Source: a virus | Strand: one strand, 5' to 3' | IMG/VR virus record: IMGVR_UViG_3300036768_001501 | Location: 1 to 64,000 of that record | Length of the DNA stretch: 64,000 nt | Part shown: positions 20,186-29,416 of the stretch, one piece after another | How positions within the stretch are numbered: position 1 is the stretch's first letter | Layout of the letters: each line of letters starts with the position of its first letter | Notes under the pieces: model-generated | What the model saw: the letters and a program-made list of their open reading frames with translations, nothing else | Database searches by the model: none | Told to the model about the DNA's origin: nothing | Program-made: the position numbers and the translations under genes

Positions 20186-21358
20186 ATGGAGTCGGCATTG
20201 AAAGAGTACATTGACAAAAAGTTTGAAGAGCTGGCCGATGTTGTGAACCAGCCGGTTCGCACGCAGGCAACCGTAACGCCGAGCGCTCACTATGATGCGA
20301 GCCTTTTCGCAAAGGTTGCGCTCACGCGGGCGGCAAAGGCGTTGAATCTCAACGTTGACGAGTACTGGCATCGACTGACCGGTACTCGGTTCGAGCCTTG
20401 GGTCATTGCTGGCGAGGTTGACTTTTCCAAGGTTGCTCTGCAGACCTCGTTCGCTCAATCCACCCTGGCGCCCGAACTTGGTGGCAACCTGGTATTTCCG
20501 GATTTCTCTGGGCTGCAGGTCGATGCGTTTCTGCGACCGGTTTCGGTTGTACGCCGCAATGTCCAGAACGTAGTTCAGAGCGAGCGCCCGATTCCGTTTG
20601 CTCGTGTGAGCGAAGGTGTTAACTTCAAGGCGTTCGGCGAAGGGCAGCCGATCCCTGCAACTGGCTACAAGACTGAAGTCTTTACGCTGACTCCAAAGAA
20701 ACTCGGCGGCCTGGTGTCGTTGACCTCTGAATCGGTGGCCGCGCCGGTTGTTGGCGTCTTGCAGATGCTGCAGAATGATATGCAAAGCGAAATGCAGAAA
20801 GTGCAAGACTACATGATGCTGCTTGGTACCGGTACCCAGCACGAGCCGAAGGGGCTGCGTAACTGGTCCGGTACGGACATTGCTGCGAACGGTACGATTA
20901 ACGTTGACAACACGATTCGCGATCTTACCAAAGTCATTCTCGCGTTGCGTTCGGCGAATATCCCGATGGCAAAGCCGGTTTGGTTCATTTCGCCGCGCAC
21001 CGAGCACTTCCTGGTGAACCTGAACAATGGCGTGCTCTACATCTTCAAAGAGGAGATGTTGCAGCAGAAGAAGATTCTCGGGATTCCCTATGAAGTTACC
21101 ACGCTGATTCCCGAGAACCTTGGCGCTGGCAATGACGAGTCCTTCGTGATCCTGGCTGACATGTCCTATGCGGTGATTGTCGATTCGCCGACTGTGGACT
21201 TCAAGGTATCGTCTGAAGCCAGCTACACTGATGGTTCGCAAATCTTCAGCGCTTTCCAGAATGACCTCCTGCTGGTGCGCATGTTTACGAAAGTCGATTT
21301 CGGCGTGCGTCACCCGAAGGCGGTTGCGACCCTGACTGGTGTTAAGTGGGGAGCGTAA
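20186..21358 (+). CDS. Major capsid protein (HK97 fold)
   Basis: GGNLVFP, GEGQPIP, LTPKKLGGLV, GTGTQHEPKGL, ILGIPY, FQNDLLLVR..DFGVRHPKAV. Confidence 0.95.
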   Translation: MESALKEYIDKKFEELADVVNQPVRTQATVTPSAHYDASLFAKVALTRAAKALNLNVDEYWHRLTGTRFEPWVIAGEVDFSKVALQTSFAQSTLAPELGGNLVFPDFSGLQVDAFLRPVSVVRRNVQNVVQSERPIPFARVSEGVNFKAFGEGQPIPATGYKTEVFTLTPKKLGGLVSLTSESVAAPVVGVLQMLQNDMQSEMQKVQDYMMLLGTGTQHEPKGLRNWSGTDIAANGTINVDNTIRDLTKVILALRSANIPMAKPVWFISPRTEHFLVNLNNGVLYIFKEEMLQQKKILGIPYEVTTLIPENLGAGNDESFVILADMSYAVIVDSPTVDFKVSSEASYTDGSQIFSAFQNDLLLVRMFTKVDFGVRHPKAVATLTGVKWGA

Positions 21359-21383
21359 TAGCGTAGGCTAGAGGAGCTTAGAG

Positions 21384-21794
21384 ATGGCAAAGCACATTTA
21401 CGAAGTAGTCAGCAAGGCAGTTAAGGTCGGGGGCCAAGTGGCCCCCGCCTCTCGCGCTAATGGGGCGTCGGCAAATACGATTGCGGCTAATCGTGTTGAT
21501 TTTACTGAAGCGATTGTTGTCCTGAACACGGGAGCAACGACCGGTAGCCCGACTAGCGTTAACGTTTCGGTTGACCTACAGCACTCTGACGATGGTACCA
21601 CCTGGAGCGCCCTGGCGTCTGGTGTTGTGTCCGCGAACGGCGCTAACCAGGCTAAGCATGCCGGTGTTGACCTGCTCGGGGCTAAGAAATTCGTGCGTGC
21701 TGTTGTGAGCGTGTCGCTGAGTGGTGGCACCAATCCTGAGGTGCAGTGCGCGGCTACGCTGATTCTTGCCGGCTCGTCTAAAATTCCTGCCTAA
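21384..21794 (+). CDS. Capsid decoration/cement protein
   Basis: Ala/Gly/Val-rich beta protein right after the capsid gene. LQHSDDGTTW, KKFVRAV. Confidence 0.7.
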   Translation: MAKHIYEVVSKAVKVGGQVAPASRANGASANTIAANRVDFTEAIVVLNTGATTGSPTSVNVSVDLQHSDDGTTWSALASGVVSANGANQAKHAGVDLLGAKKFVRAVVSVSLSGGTNPEVQCAATLILAGSSKIPA

Positions 21795-21807
21795 TTCATA
21801 AACGAAT

Positions 21808-22812
21808 GTGTTGCTTAGCTCCTCAGCTCTTTGCTCGATCGACGACGTCCGAGCGTACCTGTACGGCACTACAGGTAACGAAAAACTAGATCGTGTCATT
21901 GCGCTGATGATCAACGGCCTGTCTGTTGCCTTCGAGGCGGCGACAGGCCGTAAAATTTTGCGCACGCAGCGCGTGGAGGAGTTCAATTCCCCACAGCATG
22001 TCGTGCAGTTGTCTTATCGCGTCGAAGCTCCGCCAATTGTTCCTGGGTCGGTTACGTTGAAATATAGTCCAACGCGGGATTTCGTTGGTAACGTAACGGC
22101 CTATACAGAGAACAAGGAGTATGTTGTTGATTATAACAACGGCATCATTTCTGTTGTGATGCCTTCTTTCTGGGGTGTTGGCTGGGGCGATCCAATGCAT
22201 CCGATTGCTTACAATGCTTCTAGCGACCTGTACGGCTTTCCGCGCGAAACTCACTCTCTGCAAGTCACTTACGTTGGCGGGCTGGTTGTTCCGCGTCCGG
22301 CACAGCCGCAGTTGCCGTTGCACTCGCTCAGTGCCGGCAGCCTTTCAGGCAAGTACTTGTATTCGTTTAGCGTTGTCGATGCTAGCAATGTCGAGACAGC
22401 ATCGACACGTCCATTTTTGCAGCTTGATTTGGCTAACCAGCAAGTGACTTTTACTTTCCCCGACCCTGGGGCTGGCAAGAAGTACGTTATCTACCGTAGT
22501 CCAGCCAATACAGATGATCTGTTCTTCTTGGCAGAAGTGAATGGCCCGTGGCCAGCCACGTACGTAGACAATAATGCGGACAGCGCCTTGAACAGTACGC
22601 GATTGCCATTTTCTCCAGGCCCGCTCGAAGTTCCTGACGACCTGCGTCTAGCCGCCGCACAGCAGGTGGCTGACTGGGTGAATCGCGGTGGTTCAGTGAC
22701 TACGGTGGCAGTTTCTGGCCCGCTTGGGCTTGGCTCGCGTCAATACGATGGCAGCAAGTTTACTTCGTTTATGCAAGAGATGATTGTTGCTTATCGTATC
22801 CTAAGAACCTAA
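21808..22812 (+). CDS. Head-tail adaptor (gp6/gp15-like) with an inserted Ig/FN3-like domain
   Basis: LCSIDDVRAYL, VTYVGG, VPDDLRLAA..YR. The insert GKYLYSFSVVD..ETAS..YVIYRS..TYVDN lies between the last two motifs. Confidence 0.8.
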   Translation: MLLSSSALCSIDDVRAYLYGTTGNEKLDRVIALMINGLSVAFEAATGRKILRTQRVEEFNSPQHVVQLSYRVEAPPIVPGSVTLKYSPTRDFVGNVTAYTENKEYVVDYNNGIISVVMPSFWGVGWGDPMHPIAYNASSDLYGFPRETHSLQVTYVGGLVVPRPAQPQLPLHSLSAGSLSGKYLYSFSVVDASNVETASTRPFLQLDLANQQVTFTFPDPGAGKKYVIYRSPANTDDLFFLAEVNGPWPATYVDNNADSALNSTRLPFSPGPLEVPDDLRLAAAQQVADWVNRGGSVTTVAVSGPLGLGSRQYDGSKFTSFMQEMIVAYRILRT

Positions 22813-22869
22813 GCACTTAAGTTGCAATTTCTGTTGCATGGCTCAGCTTTTGAGCTATGCAACAGTGCC

Positions 22870-25044
22870 ATGCTGATTGAAAAGCTAACGCTTCGTGGCT
22901 TTAATGGTCTTAGGCATATCGGTGGTACCGTTGAAGTAGAATTTCCGTCGTCTGGGCTGATTGCTATTGTCGGCCCGAACGGGTCTGGCAAGACGACGCT
23001 GATTGATAATGTTCACCCGTATAGATTGATGCCGTCTAAGGTTTCCAGCTTTACCCCTAGGGCATTTTCCTTCTACGATCACACATACGGCAAGGCAGTC
23101 AAGGAGCTGTTCTTTTCTTACCAAGGCAAGCGTTACCGCTCTCTGGTCGAGATTGACTCTGATCGCAGCAAGCAATCTGCTTACTTGTTTGAAATTACTC
23201 AGTCTGGTGAGGAACCTGTTGCGATTGGTGGCTATGTCTCCGATGGTAACGTTTCAACATATGATACGCTGGTCGAGCTGTTGTTTGGTCCTCCGTCGGT
23301 CTTCTTTTCTGCTGCTTTCGTTCCGCAGGGTAGACGCTTAGCAAGCACGCTCTCGCCTACGGCATTGCGTTCTATCTTTGTACTGTCGCTTGAGCTGGAC
23401 AAGATTCAATCTTGGCATGAGAAGGCAAAAGAATATGTCAGGCTTGGCGAGCGCGAGGTCGATACTCTCTATGCCAAGATAGAGACTGGCTTGGATTGGG
23501 TGCGTAAGGCTATCGAGGAGCAGCGTGCATCAGTTTTGTCACTAGATCAAGAGGCGAAAGGATGCATTGAGCAGATTGGTAATATCGATGCGTTGCGTGC
23601 AGAGGTCGAGCGTCTTGAGAAGCTGAGCGCCGAGCTGCGTAATGCTCTGGAGGCTAAGAAGGTAGAGCTTGCTCGCGCCAAGGCTGCTCATGATGCGGCA
23701 GCGAAGTCCGGCATTCAGCTTGTTGCGCAACTAGAGAGCAGGATTCGCCTGATTGACCAGTCGATGAATTCCATCAAGAGCAATATCCAGGCAGCCGAAA
23801 GAGCCGTTCAACTTGAGTGCAACGTTGCGTATTTGAACGGCAAGATCGAGAGCTTGTTGTTGGGGCTTAATGATAAGATTGGATTTGCATCTTCTGATGA
23901 GGTAGTGCAGTGGATGCTTAAAGATATTGGTGCTTCCCTGGATGAACCGACGCTTCGTGTACTGGGGCGAAAACTGAGTGCATTGAGTGAGCAATATAGT
24001 TCTGGAAGATATGATCCTGTGAAAGTTCCGTGTGACGAGTCGCTGTTTTCTCGATGCCCACTTTACAAAGAGCAGCCAAGATGGACGCATAGCCAGGTCG
24101 TGACTGCGCACGAGCGTGTTGCGGCGTGCCTGGATGTGATTGCTCAGATTGACAAATGCCAAAAGGAGCTTGATCTTGCTAAGGCTTCGCTTGAGTCGAT
24201 TCGGATGCGCGCTGGTAACGTTGACGCTCTTAGGGGAGAATTATCTAGCCTTGAAAAGCAGAAGGCTGAATTAGAGAACGAGCTAAAGCAGGCAAGGCAG
24301 AGTGCAGTCGGTAATTTTGTTGATAATGGTCTGCAGTCAGATGTCGAGCAGCTTGCCGCTGAGCTAGCTCATGTCGGCGCGAAGCTGGCAGAGTACTCAC
24401 GGAAATTGCGCGATGCAGAACTTCATGCCGCTCGCTTGGATTCTATTTGCCTGTCTCTGGATCGTGCCTTGTCATCTATTGATGGCATTGGAAAACATTG
24501 TGATGAGATCGAGGCAGACATCTTGGCGCTTGGTGCGGCGAAACATCGGCTAGACCACGATTACCTTCTGCGTAGTGCATTGAGCGAGCGTGGCGTTCAG
24601 ACAATGCTACTTACGCGAGGCATCCAGGACGTGGAGCGCATTGCTAATGAGCTGCTCGGCTTAGCTCTCGGCGGGCGCTACAAGATTTCGTTCAGCTTCA
24701 TTCGTGAGCTGAAATCAGGCGATAGCAAGATGGAGTTTTCTTTGTCTTTGATTGATTCCGTGCTCGATACTAAGCGCGATTTGTCTACGCTTAGCGGCGG
24801 CGAATCTGTAATGGTCATGGAGGCAGTTTCGCGTGCGCTTGCCATCTGCTGCATGCCTGGCATTCGTACGATTGTCGAAGACGAAGCCGATGGCGCGCTT
24901 GATACTGAAAGACGCGGAGAAATCTTGCAACTGAAACGTGCTGCGCTAAGTGCTGGGCATATTGTGAAGGATATTTTTGTAACTCACAGCAGTGAGATCG
25001 TTGCCGGTGCCGATCATGTACTAGAAGCGCCGCTGTTTTGCTAG
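22870..25044 (+). CDS. sbcC: SbcC/Rad50-like SMC ATPase
   Basis: IEKLTLRGF, GPNGSGKTT, long coiled coils with a central Cys pair, LSGGE, EDEADGALD, FVTH. Confidence 0.92.
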   Translation: MLIEKLTLRGFNGLRHIGGTVEVEFPSSGLIAIVGPNGSGKTTLIDNVHPYRLMPSKVSSFTPRAFSFYDHTYGKAVKELFFSYQGKRYRSLVEIDSDRSKQSAYLFEITQSGEEPVAIGGYVSDGNVSTYDTLVELLFGPPSVFFSAAFVPQGRRLASTLSPTALRSIFVLSLELDKIQSWHEKAKEYVRLGEREVDTLYAKIETGLDWVRKAIEEQRASVLSLDQEAKGCIEQIGNIDALRAEVERLEKLSAELRNALEAKKVELARAKAAHDAAAKSGIQLVAQLESRIRLIDQSMNSIKSNIQAAERAVQLECNVAYLNGKIESLLLGLNDKIGFASSDEVVQWMLKDIGASLDEPTLRVLGRKLSALSEQYSSGRYDPVKVPCDESLFSRCPLYKEQPRWTHSQVVTAHERVAACLDVIAQIDKCQKELDLAKASLESIRMRAGNVDALRGELSSLEKQKAELENELKQARQSAVGNFVDNGLQSDVEQLAAELAHVGAKLAEYSRKLRDAELHAARLDSICLSLDRALSSIDGIGKHCDEIEADILALGAAKHRLDHDYLLRSALSERGVQTMLLTRGIQDVERIANELLGLALGGRYKISFSFIRELKSGDSKMEFSLSLIDSVLDTKRDLSTLSGGESVMVMEAVSRALAICCMPGIRTIVEDEADGALDTERRGEILQLKRAALSAGHIVKDIFVTHSSEIVAGADHVLEAPLFC

Positions 25045-25506
25045 CTTTTCTCTTAGCTCCATATTGACTTTTAGCCTTTTCTCCTCCATGAGCTGGGCGA
25101 GTTTCTCTGGCTCAAGCAGGCTTCTGGTGAAGTACCTGTGATATGGGCTAATGATGCGATCCCCAGTGTTCAGGAACTCGTTCATTGGCACGAGGGCGAA
25201 TTGCCGCTTGCCATTAACGATTGCTGGCAGAATTGCGTAATCTGCTTCCTTGGTTGTTTGGTTTTTGCATGCAGACTTGGTGTACTTAAGAACCTTGAAC
25301 TTGTCCTCTGTGAAAAAGAACGCAGACGGAAGATATAAAACCAGAAGTCCAACTTCGATTATGTAGAATCTTTCTGCGCGCACGCTGATAATTCCAGGCA
25401 GCGAGTGTGCATATAGGATTTCCAGGAGATAGTTCGCTGCGACCTTGACCGGCATTGGTCTTATGCGTCCTTTCGTCGCTGGTAATAGTTCATGTATGTA
25501 CTTCAT
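25021..25506 (-). CDS. Hypothetical protein, antisense within the structural operon
   Basis: Likely start MKYIHELL at 25506. Fills the gap between sbcC and the neck gene. Confidence 0.55.
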   Translation of the reverse strand: MKYIHELLPATKGRIRPMPVKVAANYLLEILYAHSLPGIISVRAERFYIIEVGLLVLYLPSAFFFTEDKFKVLKYTKSACKNQTTKEADYAILPAIVNGKRQFALVPMNEFLNTGDRIISPYHRYFTRSLLEPEKLAQLMEEKRLKVNMELREKLAKQRRF

Positions 25507-26262
25507 TTGTGCTATTATGATAATGTGAAGCGAGACGAAAAGCAACAGTACAAAGAGATGGCTGGTGATTTCCTGGAGCGCCTTGGAAGGAAGGCCGTAC
25601 GCTACATCACCACTGTGCGCATGAGGGCGTACCCGGGCGCTGGCCCAGACGAGCTGAATATTCGCAGCGGCTCTCTTGCTGCATCGATTCAAGATCGGAT
25701 TCATAATACACGCAATGGTGTTAGCCTTGAGATTGGCAGCGTTGGCGCTGACGAAGGGTCGCGAATCGGATGGTATCAACAGGAGGACCCAGAGAAGAAT
25801 ATAACCCCAAGTGGTTCTATGTATCTGGCTGTTCCGTTAGCAGCAGCGATGAATGCCAGGGGTGTGGTATACTCACCTGGGCCGCGCGAGTTGCGTGACG
25901 AATTGGGCGTCGAGCTGTTTGTATTAACGGCAGGTAGGGAGTTGTTTCTGGCTGAGAGAGAATCACGCGATGAAACGCCTATTTTGTACTATATGCTCAA
26001 GCCTGTGGTAAAAACGAAACACATTGGGATTATGCAGAAAACTGTTGAAGATGTGATTATCCCAGAGCTTAAGAACAATTCTGATCTATTTAAGAAGGCT
26101 CGCGTTTATGTTAGGGGGAAGCTAGTGGCTACTATTGATGGTAGCCTTGGCTCTGAAGATGATGAATCTGATCAGCCCAAGCCTTCGCGAAAAGGCGGAG
26201 CGAAGTCGCAGAACAAACCTCAGGAAAAGAAAGTTGTTCGTGTGAAGGTAAAGCGGAGGTAA
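25492..26262 (+). CDS. Neck/tail completion protein (HK97 gp10-like)
   Basis: LNIRSGSLAASI, NITP..YLAVPL, basic C-terminus. True start possibly GTG 25525. Confidence 0.65.
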   Translation: MYVLHLCYYDNVKRDEKQQYKEMAGDFLERLGRKAVRYITTVRMRAYPGAGPDELNIRSGSLAASIQDRIHNTRNGVSLEIGSVGADEGSRIGWYQQEDPEKNITPSGSMYLAVPLAAAMNARGVVYSPGPRELRDELGVELFVLTAGRELFLAERESRDETPILYYMLKPVVKTKHIGIMQKTVEDVIIPELKNNSDLFKKARVYVRGKLVATIDGSLGSEDDESDQPKPSRKGGAKSQNKPQEKKVVRVKVKRR

Positions 26263-26263
26263 C

Positions 26264-26857
26264 ATGCCGATTCAGACAAAATTGCCGTTACCAGTAGATG
26301 AGCGGGCGATTCGTGCGTTGCAAGAGCGGCTTGAGACGATCAAGTTCGCCAATGGGTACAGCGTAGAGTTTGACGCTGTCAAGCGCCTTTGGGCACCAGC
26401 ACAGGTAGCTCAAGTGCGTAGCAGCGCTGAATTGCATTTGATTTCCGGTCACGTTGGTGCTGGCTCAGGTGCGCGCGGGCAGCGGGAGCTGATCTACCGC
26501 CGTTCAAGTGCTTTTGAACTGTGGATTGGCATTCCGATTAGCCTTATGTTTTTCGTGAGAATTCAAAGGGTTACCATGAACCCTGATGTTATATACAGGG
26601 TGACACGCGCGGAGATTCTGCGTTGCATTCTGTCGCAGCCTATTACGGATGCAACTAACGAGTACCCGATTCAGGTTGGCGCTGGACCATTCTATTTTGC
26701 TGAGCAGCAAGAAATTCCGATTACGTCTCAGCCTTTGTACTTTGGCGAAGCGCCAGATTATTCTGCTGGATTGATTGAGCTTGTGATGCTTGCTAGCTTT
26801 TCCGAGCAAACGCCGTTTCTTGCGCATCAGGGCGATTCGATCATTTTTGGTCCGTAG
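26264..26857 (+). CDS. Putative tail terminator protein
   Basis: ALQERLETIKFANGY N-terminus, and position before the tail tube gene. Confidence 0.65.
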   Translation: MPIQTKLPLPVDERAIRALQERLETIKFANGYSVEFDAVKRLWAPAQVAQVRSSAELHLISGHVGAGSGARGQRELIYRRSSAFELWIGIPISLMFFVRIQRVTMNPDVIYRVTRAEILRCILSQPITDATNEYPIQVGAGPFYFAEQQEIPITSQPLYFGEAPDYSAGLIELVMLASFSEQTPFLAHQGDSIIFGP

Positions 26858-26911
26858 TTTTTATAGCTCTTTACCTCTTGTGTATGTAAACTTAATGCAA
26901 GAGGTGAAGAG

Positions 26912-28282
26912 ATGCCTACAGCAAAGACTACGTACTCGATTGTAGATTTTACCGTTGCTCAGGCGGCCATTGAAGACAATGGGTATGGCCAGCTTGCGGT
27001 TGGTACGCAACTTGAGTTTTTACCGGTTTACAACGCAACCGAGCCGCTGGTTCAGCACGTTCAAGGCTCGGACCCGATCGAGCTAGCTGATTCGCAGCTC
27101 GGTCCTGCTGCATTTTATGTGACTGAGCCGACTTACCGGATGTCGGCAACGACATATGTTTATTGTAGCGATCCCGACAATCCGCCCCCTTGGGCCAGCA
27201 TTTTGCTTCAGTGCAGCGGTTTCAAGAAATCCGTTTGGACCGGCACTGCGCCGTCTGGGACTTTTACTGCCGGCGCGCTTCAGACTCCGGGCAAACTGGC
27301 CAACGGAACTTACAAATATGTATTTTCTGAAGTTGACAATGTGCAACTTTCTGGTGGCAATCCAAGCCCGACTTACCGAAACGAGACCCCAGCATCTAGC
27401 TCGTTGACGGTAAACGTGACTGGTGGCCCCGCTAATGTTCCTCTTAACTTGCCAGCAGCAACTGCTGGCAAGGTGTTTCGTATTTATCGTACGAAGGCTG
27501 GTGGTAGTGATTACTATTTTGTTGCTGAGATGATTAATGGCGCTGCGCAGACGTATGTCGATTCTACTCCTGATAGTGATTTGGATATTTCTCGTTCCCC
27601 AGTTACTGCTACTGGTGGCACGTTCTTTTATCCACTGTCGGAGCATTTCCCCAGCGCCCAAATTAAGGTTTTCATGCACTCGCATAGCCGGACGCTGATT
27701 GGTGCACGTGGTACGTGGACTCTCGACGCAGAGGCTGGCCGGGCTATGCCAATGCGTTGGGACATTAATGGTCTATATAACCCAGCGGTTGCTGAGGCCA
27801 ATCCATCGATTGGCGTACTGAATCCTGGAATTCCGTTTATTTTCCGCAACGCAGTTCTTACTCTTGCTAAGACTACTCGTGGAAAGACATCTGGTAGCGG
27901 TGCGACGATTACGGCGATTGTGAAGTCCATTTCGATTACCCCAGGTACTCCGCTGGATAATAGACGTGATGCTTCTACGTCTACTGGCCTTAAGGAAATT
28001 GGTATTCATCGCCGGTTCGACCCTCGGTTTGAGGTGGTTTTCGAGGTTGATCGCAGTTTCGCATTTGATGCGGTTGAAGAGTACAATAGCATGACTCTGT
28101 TCTCTGCGGTTTTGAAAGTCGGGTCTGGTCCTGTTGTCCGGTTCCATTTCCCGAACATGCAGATCATGGATGCTCCAGCGCTTGTGAATCAAGACGGCGG
28201 CATTCTCTGCTGGCGAGTCGCATTTCGACCGCGTCCTTATCAACGAGACGATTTCATGAAGATTTCGTTCCTGCCTAGCTAA
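26912..28282 (+). CDS. Major tail (tube) protein with an inserted Ig/FN3-like domain
   Basis: Position, ILLQCSGF, LIGARGTWTL..AG, FHFPNMQI. Followed by a terminator and the chaperone genes. Confidence 0.8.
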   Translation: MPTAKTTYSIVDFTVAQAAIEDNGYGQLAVGTQLEFLPVYNATEPLVQHVQGSDPIELADSQLGPAAFYVTEPTYRMSATTYVYCSDPDNPPPWASILLQCSGFKKSVWTGTAPSGTFTAGALQTPGKLANGTYKYVFSEVDNVQLSGGNPSPTYRNETPASSSLTVNVTGGPANVPLNLPAATAGKVFRIYRTKAGGSDYYFVAEMINGAAQTYVDSTPDSDLDISRSPVTATGGTFFYPLSEHFPSAQIKVFMHSHSRTLIGARGTWTLDAEAGRAMPMRWDINGLYNPAVAEANPSIGVLNPGIPFIFRNAVLTLAKTTRGKTSGSGATITAIVKSISITPGTPLDNRRDASTSTGLKEIGIHRRFDPRFEVVFEVDRSFAFDAVEEYNSMTLFSAVLKVGSGPVVRFHFPNMQIMDAPALVNQDGGILCWRVAFRPRPYQRDDFMKISFLPS

Positions 28283-28308
28283 TTTGGTTGCGTCCACTCC
28301 CCTGGTAG

Positions 28309-28352
28309 CGGTGCCGCAGGCTGGATTTATCTGGTCTGCGGCACTGTTTTTT
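28309..28352 (+). terminator. Rho-independent terminator after the tail tube gene
   Basis: GTGCCGCAGGCTGGAT-tt-ATCTGGTCTGCGGCAC followed by TGTTTTTT. Confidence 0.85.
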
Positions 28353-28400
28353 GTTGACTTGTATCTCGTTTGATGCTATGAAGATGGCGCGGAGGTTCAG

Positions 28401-28985
28401 ATGGGAAAACTAGCAAGCACTATCGAGAAATATGTTAACCAGTCAGCGCGGCCAGTACGAAGCGTGGAAATTATCGATATGTCACGTATCGACCCGGACC
28501 TGAAGCGTAAGGTTTGCGCTGTTGTGCGGTACGTGGATCAAATGGAGTACCGCGCTGACGAAACGCAGATGTCCGACCCGGATTTCCGAAAGCAGTTTGC
28601 TAGTGAGGCTCTGCTTGCAATTTATGATGACGGGTTTTTGCCCTTCCCAGCGGATAAGGTGACAGAACGCGCGGTTGCTGGCTGGAGGGGCGCGCTTGGC
28701 GAACTAGCTCTCAAGGTACTCTGTCCGAAAATTTTTGAAGCCGATCTTGGCGATGCCGGTAATCAATCTGGCGCTGAGCGTGTTTTCGAGATTTCAGATA
28801 ACGACGACCTCCTGGCGATTACGAAGCTCATGGACAGTGCCTTTTTCACTGCAATGTATTTTGGCGCTATTTCCTTGAGGGAGTTTGTCGTCAAGGAGGT
28901 TGATCGCGTAAAAAACTCATCACAGCCTACGTCCACTTCGCCCACGCAATCAACACCCCAAGATTCTGTCGTGGAAAAGGCGTAG
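28401..28985 (+). CDS. Tail assembly chaperone (gpG-like)
   Basis: Between the tail tube and tape measure genes. GGAGG RBS, and a slippery site near the 3' end. Confidence 0.8.
   Translation: MGKLASTIEKYVNQSARPVRSVEIIDMSRIDPDLKRKVCAVVRYVDQMEYRADETQMSDPDFRKQFASEALLAIYDDGFLPFPADKVTERAVAGWRGALGELALKVLCPKIFEADLGDAGNQSGAERVFEISDNDDLLAITKLMDSAFFTAMYFGAISLREFVVKEVDRVKNSSQPTSTSPTQSTPQDSVVEKA
28910..28916 (+). other. Programmed -1 ribosomal frameshift site A AAA AAC
   Basis: In-phase X XXY YYZ heptamer (GTA AAA AAC). The -1 frame is open from here to the stop at 29329. Confidence 0.85.
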
Positions 28986-29329
28986 GCTGTTCCGAGAAGG
29001 CGTTTCATACTTGTCGGTGCTGCGAACACTCCGTGTTTCGCGGATGGGATCGCAGCCTATGTGAGGAGAAGTGCGTTTTCGACAACTTCCCTCCAATTGT
29101 TAGGGCGGTTGTCGATCTGGTAGGCTCTTGCCTGCATGTGCAGGCAGGCGACAGCGGCGTACTGTTTGTTGACCTGAACGACCTGCGCTATGACCGGATG
29201 CTTAAGGCGCATGGCGTTCAGCCAAGGCTCGAATTAGAGGAGCTTGTGCTGCATACCCTTGCCGTGTTCCGCGAAGTCATCGGCAAGGAGGGTATCATGT
29301 TCACGAAGGAAATGCTTGACGTATCTTAA
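28913..29329 (+). CDS. Tail assembly chaperone frameshift extension (gpT-like)
   Basis: The -1 frame reads KLITAYVHFAHAINTPRFCRGKGVGCSEKAFHTCRCCEHSVFRGWD.. and continues into ORF 29033..29329. Confidence 0.8.
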   Translation, partial: KLITAYVHFAHAINTPRFCRGKGVGCSEKAFHTCRCCEHSVFRGWDRSLCEEKCVFDNFPPIVRAVVDLVGSCLHVQAGDSGVLFVDLNDLRYDRMLKAHGVQPRLELEELVLHTLAVFREVIGKEGIMFTKEMLDVS

Positions 29330-29416
29330 AATTCTTAATATAGTTAGTTACCTGTCAAGCAATTAAGTACTTGATTTTTTGTTGTTTTCTCGCGCTGCGT
29401 ACTGTATCATATAGGC

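Noticed and set aside
26264-28282. Contractile tail or tailocin-type system
   Set aside because: No sheath or baseplate wedge genes were recognised. The tube, G/GT chaperone and long tape measure arrangement with capsid and terminase indicates a siphovirus.
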